This document shows positions 22,304 to 32,000 of a stretch of 32,000 nucleotides of DNA, piece after piece. A program made the translations under genes and the position numbers. A model generated the notes under the pieces. That model saw only the letters and a list, made by a program, of their open reading frames with translations. It did not search any database and had not been told where the DNA came from. Within the stretch, counting starts at the first letter, position 1. The number at the start of each line of letters is the position of its first letter. Origin of the DNA: Wolbachia endosymbiont of Dirofilaria (Dirofilaria) immitis (lineage in GTDB: Bacteria > Pseudomonadota > Alphaproteobacteria > Rickettsiales > Anaplasmataceae); contig NZ_CP046578.1 in the NCBI RefSeq assembly GCF_013365455.1, forward strand, positions 330,001-362,000, written 5' to 3'.

Positions 22304-23626
22304 TTACTGGGAAGATAATAAATTCAGTGTGCTGAGAGCATTCACAAGACGAGATTTTAATTGGCTTTCATATTTATTCCAATCCTGTATTACCTTCCTG
22401 GCGACACCTGAGTATACTGCAGCTTTTGCAACGGCAGGAGAGACTATTGAAATTAATCTTGGGTCAAATGGGGTAGGTATTATATATTCACGCCCATAGC
22501 CCATTTTACGATTACCATAAGCTGCGGATATCTCATCAGGAACTGGTTTATGTGCAAGCTTTGCTATTGCATCTGCAGCTGCAATCTTCATTTCATTATT
22601 TATTACTGTTGCGTGTACATCAAGTGCTCCCCTGAATATATAAGGGAATCCCATTACATTATTAACTTGGTTATTGTAGTCTGATCTACCAGTTGCGATT
22701 ATTGCATCTGGTCTTACAGCTTTTGCGAGCTCAGGCCTTACTTCTGGGTCAGGGTTAGCAAGGGCAAAAATAATCGGATCTTTACTCATGCTTTTTAACA
22801 TCTCTTCATTAAGCACATTTTTTACAGATAATCCGATAAATACGTCAGCGTCTTTTATTGCATCAAGTAGAGAACGTTCTTTAGTATCGGTTGCATATTT
22901 TTCCTTCCACTTGTTCATGTCCTCTTTTCTGTCCTTGTATATTACTCCTTTCTTATCACACAGTACTATGGTTTTAGCGCCCATGTACCTTAATATTTCT
23001 AAACATGCAATACCAGCTGCCCCAGCACCATTTATGATGATCTTGACGTTCTCTAGTTTCTTTCTTGCAATATCAAGAGCATTTTCTATACCTGCTGCAA
23101 CAACCACTGCAGTTCCGTGCTGGTCATCGTGAAATACTGGAATATCCATTAATTCATTTAGACGTTTTTCTATTATGAAACAGTCAGGAGATCTTATATC
23201 CTCTAAATTTATTCCTCCCCAACTTGGTCCAAGGTATCTTATTGCATTGATAAAACTTTCTATATCTTCTGTATCAACTTCTATATCAACTGCATCAATA
23301 TCAGCAAAGCGCTTGAATAAAACAGCTTTGCCTTCCATAACAGGTTTCGAGGCAAGAGGACCAATGTTGCCAAGCCCGAGCACTGCAGTACCATTTGAAA
23401 TGACAGCAACGCAGTTACTTTTTGTTGTATAATCATAGACGACTTCAGGATTTTTAGCTATTTCAAGGCATGGGGCTGCAACTCCAGGGGAATAAGCAAG
23501 CGATAAGTCATACTGAGTAGATAAGGGCTTTGTTGGCAGGATAGATATTTTACCAGGGTTATTCCCTTTGTTATGGTATTTGAGTGCTTCTTGTTTTGTA
23601 ATACTATCTAAATCACTGTTCATCAT
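22304..23626 (-). CDS. maeB: NADP-dependent malic enzyme (short form, no phosphotransacetylase domain)
   Basis: AYSPGVAAPCLEIAKNPEVVYDYTTKSN, DIPVFHDDQHGTAVVVAAG, IIINGAGAAGIACLEI, FALANPDPEVRPELA, GRSDYNNQVNNVMGFPYIFRGALDV. Confidence 0.96.
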   Translation of the reverse strand: MMNSDLDSITKQEALKYHNKGNNPGKISILPTKPLSTQYDLSLAYSPGVAAPCLEIAKNPEVVYDYTTKSNCVAVISNGTAVLGLGNIGPLASKPVMEGKAVLFKRFADIDAVDIEVDTEDIESFINAIRYLGPSWGGINLEDIRSPDCFIIEKRLNELMDIPVFHDDQHGTAVVVAAGIENALDIARKKLENVKIIINGAGAAGIACLEILRYMGAKTIVLCDKKGVIYKDRKEDMNKWKEKYATDTKERSLLDAIKDADVFIGLSVKNVLNEEMLKSMSKDPIIFALANPDPEVRPELAKAVRPDAIIATGRSDYNNQVNNVMGFPYIFRGALDVHATVINNEMKIAAADAIAKLAHKPVPDEISAAYGNRKMGYGREYIIPTPFDPRLISIVSPAVAKAAVYSGVARKVIQDWNKYESQLKSRLVNALSTLNLLSSQ

Positions 23627-23766
23627 TATATCTTATATTTTGATCTCATGGTTAGTAAATTTTTAAGTATATGGAGTTTTTGTAAATGTTCAATTGTAAA
23701 CTATTAGCTTGTGAATTGTACCTCACTTCTGTATAAGTTTACTGTACTGCATTAAAATTACATTGC

Positions 23767-24309
23767 ATGCTTAAGAAAAACTTGCCTAATTTGTTGACAA
23801 TTTCTCGTGCGCTTGCAATACCAGCAATAATACTAAGTTTTTATATAGAAAATAAATATGCAAACTTAATAACAATATCAATTTTTGTATTTGCATGCAT
23901 TACAGATTTTTTTGATGGTTACCTAGCACGTGCATGGAAAGTACAGTCAAAATTTGGCAGGCTGTTTGATCCAATTGCTGATAAATTAATAGTAGTTTCA
24001 ACAATAATCATGCTAGTTTATAAACATAAGATAAATGATTTTACAGTAATACCTTCAGTTATAATTGTTTGTAGAGAGATATTAGTTTCTGGCTTACGGG
24101 AGTTTTTGATAGCTGCAAATGCTAGCTTGCCTGTCAGCAAAATTGGAAAAATCAAAACATTTTTACAAATGGTTGCTGTTGTAGCACTAATAGTGAATAA
24201 TTATGAAATGGTTCAACGTATAGGTATAACTTGCCTGTGGATTGCAGCTGTTATAACTGTATGGTCAGGCTATAGTTATATTTTGACTGGGATTAAACAG
24301 ACTAGCTGA
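23767..24309 (+). CDS. pgsA: CDP-alcohol phosphatidyltransferase, probably phosphatidylglycerophosphate synthase
   Basis: CDP-alcohol transferase motif DFFDGYLARAWKVQSKFGRLFDPIADK and multiple TM segments. The assignment to PgsA rather than PssA rests on overall character (NLLTISRALAIPAI). Confidence 0.88.
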   Translation: MLKKNLPNLLTISRALAIPAIILSFYIENKYANLITISIFVFACITDFFDGYLARAWKVQSKFGRLFDPIADKLIVVSTIIMLVYKHKINDFTVIPSVIIVCREILVSGLREFLIAANASLPVSKIGKIKTFLQMVAVVALIVNNYEMVQRIGITCLWIAAVITVWSGYSYILTGIKQTS

Positions 24310-25343
24310 GTTTCTTAAGAAAATTAATATGTAAATAAATTGAGATTTGAGCAAACTTGGCTGGGTAATCAAGATTCTATATAATACATTGATTTGTAGT
24401 CTAATAGAGTTATTTGACTTATAGCTTTAGGGCTAAGTTTTCTGCTAAAGATTTTTTTTCATGGCTTTTATCTGACAATTGATGAAGAAGTTTAAAGAGA
24501 AAGGTACAAACAAGAATTATTTAATATTAAAAGAAGGAGCTTAAACAAAAAACTACTAGTGCTGAAAAAGGAAGCTGTGTAAATAATACATATTGTTGAT
24601 CATAATGATCTTATTTGCATTGTTGAGAAATGGCTGTTGAACTAGGAAGATAATATATCTGGTCAGGTATTGTTGATGGTTATAAATAGTGCAGCACTAA
24701 GCTATACTATATTATCTTTATAGCCTTATCTCTTAATTTTTATATTATATTTATTTATGATAATAAAAAGATAGTGAAAAAAGAACTAGAATTGAGGATA
24801 TTGAAAATGGGGAAGAAATAGAAAAAAAGGAAGAAGCATAATTTTTCTAATGTAAGTGAGTGTTTGATCTATTTTACTTAGAGCGACAGAGGATACAGTT
24901 TTATTTCTTGTTGTGATTGCTTTTTTACAGTCTTTTATTTTTAATGAGTGTGAAAATTAGCAATATGTCTACTGCTGAATTAGCGCTTGCTGATATTTCT
25001 GTTTTCTTAATAAGTGAAAAGGATAGGTTTGACATTGATATCTTCATTAAGCTCTGTTGTTAGAATTACTTTAGATTTAGTAGATACTATGCTTTTTATG
25101 ATTGTATGAATGTTGACTATATATTTCTACAGTTATTTCTACAGTTAAGAAATACTAAGGAAGTCAAAAGTAGAAAAATGTGTTTTAAAGGGTACAGCAC
25201 TGTTTCAAATTTAGGAGATAATGATAGGTGCATAAGGGGACTAATGATATGATTTTCTACTGCTTAGTGGTTTTGAGAGTCATAGAAATCTATTTATTTA
25301 TATAGCATTTGGTCTATACTGTATTTTAGTCGAAAAAAATCTT

Positions 25344-26081
25344 ATGTATTATAAGACTTTAATTACGTGTTTTGTTCTTCTGATTTCCTCTTTTGTGCAG
25401 TCCTACGCAAATGGTTATGAACCTAATGAAACTGAACTATATGAAGAGGCAGTTAAACTTTTCGACCAGAAAAAATACAAACAAGCTATTAGGGCATTTC
25501 AGAAAATCGAAGACTTGTACCCTTTTTCTTATATAGCAATGAAAGCCAGATTATTATCTGGTGTTTCTCACTATAACATGGGTGACTATACTAATGCCGC
25601 AAATGATATGGATAATTATATACAGACCTATTCAAATGGTGAGGATTTACCGTATGTATATTACTTAAGGGTACTATCTTATTACATGCAAATTCATAAA
25701 GTGCGACTTGGACAACAAGCTGCATACAAAACTTTGGACTTGGCTACTGAGTACATTAACTTCTTTCCAAACAGTATATATACAGAGGAGGTAAAAGGGA
25801 AAGTAAAGCTAGTGACAGAGCACATGTTAGAAAAAGAATATTCTATTGGCAGGTTTTATTTGAGGCGTGGTGAATATTTAGCGGCGATTAAGCGTTTTCA
25901 AAATGTAATAAGTAATAAAGATTCTAATTGTTTTCCTAAATCTATTGGCTACTTAATAACAGCCCATTCAGCTCTCGGCCTTAACCTAGAAGTTCAACAA
26001 TATGAAAGTCTATTGGCAGAAAATCTGAACAGAAAAAGTGGAGTGCCACATAAAAACAGCAAGTCTGAAAATTTATTTTAG
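25344..26081 (+). CDS. bamD: Outer membrane assembly lipoprotein-like protein BamD/ComL
   Basis: YEEAVKLFDQKKYKQAIRAFQKIEDLYPFSYIAMKARLLSGVSHYNMGDY, RFYLRRGEYLAAIKRFQNVI; TPR-like BamD architecture. Confidence 0.88.
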   Translation: MYYKTLITCFVLLISSFVQSYANGYEPNETELYEEAVKLFDQKKYKQAIRAFQKIEDLYPFSYIAMKARLLSGVSHYNMGDYTNAANDMDNYIQTYSNGEDLPYVYYLRVLSYYMQIHKVRLGQQAAYKTLDLATEYINFFPNSIYTEEVKGKVKLVTEHMLEKEYSIGRFYLRRGEYLAAIKRFQNVISNKDSNCFPKSIGYLITAHSALGLNLEVQQYESLLAENLNRKSGVPHKNSKSENLF

Positions 26082-26127
26082 TTTTCTCTATGCCTTGGTA
26101 TATAATCAGATTTTTAATTATTTAAAT

Positions 26128-26868
26128 ATGGCTGGTCACTCACAATTTTCAAACATAAAACATCGGAAAGGCACACGGGATGTAAGACGCTCTCAAAAAT
26201 TTACAAGGCTCATTAGAGAGATAATGGTTATTGCAAGGCAAGGATTACCTAATCCTGAGCTTAACCCACGTCTTCGTTCTGTTGTGTCTACTGCACGCAG
26301 GGAGAACTTGCCAAAAGATAAAATAAAAACAGCAATAAGGAGCGCAACTGGTAGTGTTACAGGAGAGAATTATGAGGAAGTACAATATGAAGGCTATGGG
26401 CCTTCTGGTACTGCACTCATTGTGCATGCTCTAACGAATAACCGTAATCGAACTATCTCTAAGGTGCGTTATATTTTCTCTCGCAAAGGTGGAAATTTAG
26501 GAGAAACGGGTGATGTTAGTTACCTTTTTAATCACGTAGGGCTGATCACCTATAAAGCAGAGGGTGTAAATTTTGAAGACCTATTTAGTTATGGAATAGA
26601 ATTAGAGGTGTTAGATGTTGAAGAAGATAATAGGGAGAGGTTATATGTTATAACCTGTAAAGTAGAAGATTTTGGTAGAGTACGTGATGCTTTCTATGCA
26701 AAATTTGGAGAGCCAGAGCTTGCTCGGCTTTCATGGCAACCAAAGGATCTAGTTAAAGTTAGTGATAAAAAGTTAATTAATAAATTATCTATGTTAATTG
26801 AGGAGCTAGAAGATAATAGTGATGTACAGTATGTTGAGGGTAATTTTACTTTTTCTGATTCTATTTAA
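26128..26868 (+). CDS. yebC: YebC/PmpR family protein
   Basis: MAGHSQFSNIKHRKGTRDVRRSQKFTRLIREI, YEGYGPSGTALIVHALTNNRNRT, GGNLGETGDVSYLF. The listed ORF start (26038) is an upstream extension overlapping bamD; the native start is ATG at 26128. Confidence 0.97.
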   Translation: MAGHSQFSNIKHRKGTRDVRRSQKFTRLIREIMVIARQGLPNPELNPRLRSVVSTARRENLPKDKIKTAIRSATGSVTGENYEEVQYEGYGPSGTALIVHALTNNRNRTISKVRYIFSRKGGNLGETGDVSYLFNHVGLITYKAEGVNFEDLFSYGIELEVLDVEEDNRERLYVITCKVEDFGRVRDAFYAKFGEPELARLSWQPKDLVKVSDKKLINKLSMLIEELEDNSDVQYVEGNFTFSDSI

Positions 26869-26871
26869 GCT

Positions 26872-27768
26872 ATGAGGCTGATAATACTTATGTTGTTTTA
26901 TACTTTACCAATATTCAGTTTGCATGCCTCTAAAACGCAAAGCAATAATAAAGAGATCTTGCTAATATCTAGTGACATAAAGTCTTCTTTTTTTACTACG
27001 GGGATTGAACAGGGGTTAGCTCCAAGTACAGTAATGAAGTTAATCGACATATATAAAAGTTTTGATTCAAACTTTGAAAAGGACATTGTACCAGAAAGTA
27101 ATTTGAAAGTTCTTTTTGAGAGATCGCTTAATGACCGAAAAACTGGAGAAAAGATTTTATACACTTCATTGACAACAAACAAAAAGGCTACTTGTTTGTA
27201 TCATTATAAATCACAAAACGGTAAAGAAAGTTATTTTAATGAGGAGGGAATAAGCTTAAGAGATGGCAAAACTTTTGTAAGTCCTTTAAATGGAGATTTT
27301 TATGTATCCTCGAAATTTGGCAATAGAAAGCACCCTATTTACGGTAAAATTATTTTTCACAAAGGGGTAGATTATGCAGCTAAATTTGGTGCTCGTATAC
27401 ATGCTGTCGCAGAAGGTGTGATAGAATATATAGGAAATAATGGAGGATATGGTAAATATATTAAAATAAAACATGAGAATGGATATTCAACCTGCTACGC
27501 TCACATAAGCAAATTTAACGGTGATATAAAGTTAGGCTCCACAGTAAAGCAGGGGCAGGTTATCGCTTATGTTGGTAGCACTGGTGCCGCAACAGGGCCC
27601 CATTTGCACTATGAGATCATATACAATGGTAAGTATATTGATCCGCTTACAGTAGTACATAAAAGCGAAATAAGGTTAATTGATCATGAATTAAAGGAGT
27701 TTAAACTATTTGTGAATAAGATAGATAACGCAATCAATAAAGAAGGTTTAAGTAAAAAAGAAGTTTAA
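26872..27768 (+). CDS. M23-family (LytM/NlpD-like) metallopeptidase
   Basis: Signal-peptide-like N-terminus; YVSSKFGNRKHPIYGKIIFHKGVDYAAKFGARIHAVAEGVI, YSTCYAHISKF, GSTGAATGPHLHYEI. Confidence 0.95.
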   Translation: MRLIILMLFYTLPIFSLHASKTQSNNKEILLISSDIKSSFFTTGIEQGLAPSTVMKLIDIYKSFDSNFEKDIVPESNLKVLFERSLNDRKTGEKILYTSLTTNKKATCLYHYKSQNGKESYFNEEGISLRDGKTFVSPLNGDFYVSSKFGNRKHPIYGKIIFHKGVDYAAKFGARIHAVAEGVIEYIGNNGGYGKYIKIKHENGYSTCYAHISKFNGDIKLGSTVKQGQVIAYVGSTGAATGPHLHYEIIYNGKYIDPLTVVHKSEIRLIDHELKEFKLFVNKIDNAINKEGLSKKEV

Positions 27769-30072
27769 AAGGCAGGCAGACAAGTGTACTAAAATGGTAG
27801 AAATTAAGTCAACTCTGTTTTCTTATACTGGTAGTATTTAAAGTAATCCTACTAGTGCCTTTGGTGTACGGTAGTACAGTTATATTTGGAGTTGTTATTA
27901 TTTCAGTAGTGGTTCTTATTAATAATCCTGCAAAGCAAGAGTGATGAGATTTCTTGGTTTATATTAGAACTTATTTTAAATTTAGAATATATATTACAAT
28001 TCTACTTACACATGCACGTTATTTCTCTTAAATTTTAAAATATTGACATAGAAAAATAAAGTGAATGATGTAGACGGGATCCAGTAGAGGTTTTAATAGT
28101 GAGGAGAGTAAGTGTACATTATATGATATATTATAATATTAGTTACTAACAAATTCTTTTTTGTGTAAAGTGACTCAATGATAGAAAATTAGCAAGATAT
28201 ACACCTAAAAATTAGATTAGACTCTAATTAGCATAGAAGCACAGCAAGTATGTGGACTAGCAAACTAACAGTTTTATATATATAATAGAATATGTACGTT
28301 AAGGATATTCTAAAAAAAAGCTGAGAGTACAAAAGTACTCCCCCTTTAGGCTTGCTATTACTAAAGCAAGTATGGGTGGAATATATGTACATAAGTATTA
28401 AAGAATACTTAGGCTTCACTATGTTGATTACATCTTTTATTGGATAATTACTCTAGTAACTTAAGTAACATATAACATATGTTACTAGATTTACTTATGG
28501 GTGCATATACTGGTAAATCTGTCTTGTTTTATTCATTATCTTAGATTGGCTATGTACATACTAGGGCTTAATTTCTATGCTGCTAAGCAGCATTTCTGGA
28601 TCAGTAACTAGTTTCAAATCAGTTGTTCAAGAATGTATTACGATACTCAATTTACATTAGGCATGTAATAATTATGTTCTACACTTGTAGAATATATATC
28701 AGTATCATATTCTATTGTATGTTCAATAAGGAAGTACCTGGTTCACCTCATTTTTAAGATTGGATACATCTATTATTATTGTAGTGAAGGGAAAAAAGCT
28801 AATTTAGAAACAGTAGCTATTGACTATAATACTACAAAATATTGGCGTTTTTCTCGGTGCAGATGTATTTTACTTTCCATAAAAGAATACATCTTTTAAA
28901 AAGGTATTACCTAGCTCAGTACTAAAAGCTCAAATATCAACTAAAGGATTTAAATGGAAACTATATCTCAGCTTACTTTTTCAAGAAAGAATTCTTGCTT
29001 TAATCGAAGTTTAAACGATAGGTTATTCGTAAAGATAAATAATGGTGTATATGTTTGACAGTGATTTATTTGGAAGCGATAGATGATGTTGGGGTATAAA
29101 ATTAAAAAGTGAAACAAAGATTTGCTAAGTAAAAAAAGGTAAAAACTGTGTTAATCTAAGGTGCATGAAATTTTGCTGTCTAATGTTAAAAATTAATGGC
29201 GTTTTCTGTGTTTTTAATGTATATAACACTTAAACCTATAAAAAGGATTAAGCTTAATAATAAGTGTAGCTAAAAATAGAAAAAAGGTAAGTGTGCGTGG
29301 CAGAGATATATGTGTACTTCTGCACCTACTTGCATGGGTATGCTGCTGTACCCTTTACTGAACTTGGTTGCTTAGATAGGAAACTTGTAGACAGAGATAA
29401 GTTTTGAGAGTTCTGAAATATCTTTGCTGTTAGTATAGTGGTTTTGAGTATGCGGAGGTAATCTTTTTTATCTGATTAAAGAAATTTGGCTATTTGGTAC
29501 AAGCTTCAGTCTAAAAATTGTTGAATTCTAATATTTTAAATCTGGAATAGAGTATATGAATTATGTTCCTTAATTGCTGTGAATCTATCACTTTTGATTA
29601 ATTTCTTAAAACTATATTTCGTTTGTGTCTTTACTTTAGATTTAGATCTAAATTTTTAGCAAAATTTTTGAAAATATTCTTTGATAATGTCAAAACAGGT
29701 TCTTATTACTCTCTCTATAGTGATTTTTGAGCTTCTCGGAAACAGTAATTAATAGTCTAACATTTCTATTTATTCTATTTTTGCTATCTTGAGATTCAAG
29801 TATAAATTTTAATAAATTATTCGACTGGTATATATAACTGCTTGTCTTGAGTTATAGCTGTCAGTTAATGGTTTATTTTGGTGTAGTTGATATAGATAGC
29901 ACCTCGACTTTTAATATAGCAGTTAGACTTTTCTTTGTTTCTGTTATGGTATTGCCCTTATTGGCACATTAATCAATTACACCATAGAACTACTGATAAT
30001 TTAATGATGATACCTCCTGTATAGACTAAGATTTTTCTTTGGTTTAGTATGTATATGTGGTAGAAAAAGTCT

Positions 30073-31467
30073 ATGGTGAAAGAATTGTTAGTAAAAACTG
30101 ATGTAGCGCAAGTTGGAGATAAGAAAGCGGCGAGAGGCTTTTTAAAGATACTGGGTGAAGTAACAGATGCTGTGAGGTCATGGATTGGTAATATTGGTCC
30201 TGATTTAGATAATAGTCGCGATATCAGTAGTCTGGTTTTGAAGATGAGTGAGTGCTTAAATCCAAGGGGAGGAGAAGTTTCAGCACGTAAAAACACTGTA
30301 TCTCTTGGTAACTTGTATTTAAGTTTATCAGAAAAAGGTAAAATAAGGTTTTTGCAAACTCTAGCAGAAAAATTTAACACGAGTAAGGTAGAAGTAGATG
30401 AGAAAATAAAAGGATACTATGAGAATAGGAATTCTGAGTTAGACTATAAATTTGAACAAGACTTGATAAAAGTTCTTGAATCACCGCGTTCTAAAATACT
30501 AAAGCAATTTATCTCTTTGCCAGAAGGACTCAAATTTATTGTTGATATGCGTTCTGATGTACTTAAGTTGAGGAATCAATATAAGGAGCTCAATCGATTA
30601 GAAAGTGAACTAAAAAGCATACTTCTTTCCTGGGTTGATGTTGATTTACTTGATCTTTGTCAGATTACTTGGGGTTCACCTGCATCATTGTTAGAAAAAC
30701 TTATAAAATATGAAGCTGTGCACAAAATTTCTTCATGGGGTGATCTAAAGAATAGGCTAGATTCTGACCGTCTCTGTTTTACCTTTTTTCATTATAAAAT
30801 ACCAAATGAACCTCTAATTTTTGTAGAAGTTGCGTTAATGAATAAAATTGCAGATAGCATTCAACACCTTTTAGATGAGTCAATGCCTTCAAGTGATCCG
30901 AATAATGCAAATACTGCTATATTCTATTCAATATCAAATACTCAAGCAGGGTTATCTGGAATTAGTCTAGGTAATTTTTTGATCAAAAGAGTTGTAGAAA
31001 AGCTGTCGCAGGAGTTTAAAAGTATAAAAACATATGCAACGCTTTCTCCGATACCTGGCTTTATAAAATGGCTAAAATGGAACCTAAGTCGGGATATTAC
31101 TTTGCTAGAGAAATTAGGTATAAAACAATCTAGTACAGAGATTTTAGAAAGCATAGAGCAATTAAGAACTAACATTGAATATGAGAAACAATACTTGTTG
31201 AAGCTTTGTGCATATTACTTGTTAAAGGTTAAAAACGATAACGGCGGTGCCTATGACCAAGTAGCACACTTTCACTTGAGTAATGGTGCATCAATAAAGC
31301 AGCTGAACTGGATGGCGGATACTTCTGAAAAGGGCATTAGTCAGTCGGCTGGTATGATGGTAAATTACTTATATGAATTATCTAAAATAGATAATAATCA
31401 CGAAAATTATATGGTTAATAAAATGATTTCTTGTGCAAGGCAGGTGTCATCCATATCGAAAGGATAA
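30073..31467 (+). CDS. Malonyl-CoA decarboxylase (MCD) family
   Basis: C-terminal catalytic region matches the MCD family by recall: ITWGSPASLLEKLIKYEAVHKISSWGDLKNRL, AIFYSISNTQAGLSGISLGNFLIKRVVEKL, YATLSPIPGFIKWL, VAHFHLSNGASIKQLNWMADTSEKGISQSAGMMVNYLYEL. Confidence 0.92.
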   Translation: MVKELLVKTDVAQVGDKKAARGFLKILGEVTDAVRSWIGNIGPDLDNSRDISSLVLKMSECLNPRGGEVSARKNTVSLGNLYLSLSEKGKIRFLQTLAEKFNTSKVEVDEKIKGYYENRNSELDYKFEQDLIKVLESPRSKILKQFISLPEGLKFIVDMRSDVLKLRNQYKELNRLESELKSILLSWVDVDLLDLCQITWGSPASLLEKLIKYEAVHKISSWGDLKNRLDSDRLCFTFFHYKIPNEPLIFVEVALMNKIADSIQHLLDESMPSSDPNNANTAIFYSISNTQAGLSGISLGNFLIKRVVEKLSQEFKSIKTYATLSPIPGFIKWLKWNLSRDITLLEKLGIKQSSTEILESIEQLRTNIEYEKQYLLKLCAYYLLKVKNDNGGAYDQVAHFHLSNGASIKQLNWMADTSEKGISQSAGMMVNYLYELSKIDNNHENYMVNKMISCARQVSSISKG

Positions 31468-31529
31468 GTAAATAATTGTTTTAATACTATTTAAAATGCA
31501 AAATAAGTTCTACTTAAGTAAGCAGATTG

Positions 31530-32000
31530 ATGAATAAAATAAGAAATTTTGCAATAATAGCGCATGTAGACCATGGGAAATCAACGCTTGCTGACCGTTT
31601 AATAGAGAAATGTAATGGCCTTGAGGTGAGAGAAATGACTGATCAAATGCTCGATTCAATGGAGATAGAACGTGAGCGTGGAATTACAATCAAAGCGCAG
31701 ACAGTGAAACTTAGCTATACTGCAAATGATGGTAATCAATATTGCTTAAATCTTATGGATACTCCTGGTCATGTTGATTTTTCATATGAAGTAAGTCGAA
31801 GCTTAGCTGCGTGTGAAGGTTCGCTCTTGGTAGTAGATAGTAGTCAGGGAGTTGAAGCTCAGACTCTTGCAAATGTATATAAGGCAATTGATAATAATCA
31901 TGAGATAATAGTTGTACTCAATAAAGTCGATCTTCCTGCTGCAGATCCAGAGAAGGTGAGACTTCAGGTTAAGGAATTGATTGGTATTGATGCAAGTAAG
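31530..32000 (+). CDS. lepA: Elongation factor 4 (LepA), 5' portion only
   Basis: Not in the ORF track because there is no stop in the window. Translation: [61 protein letters not shown]...[46 protein letters not shown]. Confidence 0.98.
   Translation, partial: MNKIRNFAIIAHVDHGKSTLADRLIEKCNGLEVREMTDQMLDSMEIERERGITIKAQTVKLSYTANDGNQYCLNLMDTPGHVDFSYEVSRSLAACEGSLLVVDSSQGVEAQTLANVYKAIDNNHEIIVVLNKVDLPAADPEKVRLQVKELIGIDASK

Noticed and set aside
22788-23432. Plus-strand ORFs of 114 and 85 aa
   Set aside because: Antisense to the malic enzyme; no independent support.
26038-26127. 30-residue N-terminal extension of YebC in the ORF track
   Set aside because: YebC proteins begin MAGHS; ATG at 26128 matches this, and the extension overlaps the bamD 3' end.
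29973-30380. 135-aa minus-strand ORF
   Set aside because: Overlaps the start of the malonyl-CoA decarboxylase gene, which has strong family motifs; no domain recognised.

Overview
AT-rich chromosomal window with gene content and protein sequences typical of Anaplasmataceae, most likely Wolbachia (inferred from protein character; no database search was possible). Most of it is housekeeping: a glutamine-synthetase-like gene cut by the left edge, dnaA, a PLD-family protein, ubiD, sucA, surE, ligA, a five-gene folate cluster (CADD/TenA-like, folB, folK-folP fusion, folA, CofE/FolC2-like), uvrB, petC, petB, grxD, bolA, short malic enzyme, pgsA, bamD, yebC, an M23 peptidase, a malonyl-CoA decarboxylase, and the 5' part of lepA at the right edge. 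About 6 kb lies in gene-poor tracts (about 2350-3460, 5525-7355, 10022-10596, 24310-25340, 27945-30070). These look like decayed coding DNA, and one contains a readable DsbA-family pseudogene (about 6257-6952). I found no CRISPR array, tRNA, rRNA, intact mobile element or convincing new defence or toxin system. The best leads are the Chlamydia-like folate/pABA cluster, the GS-like protein lacking the usual N-terminal domain, the malonyl-CoA decarboxylase, and the DsbA pseudogene.
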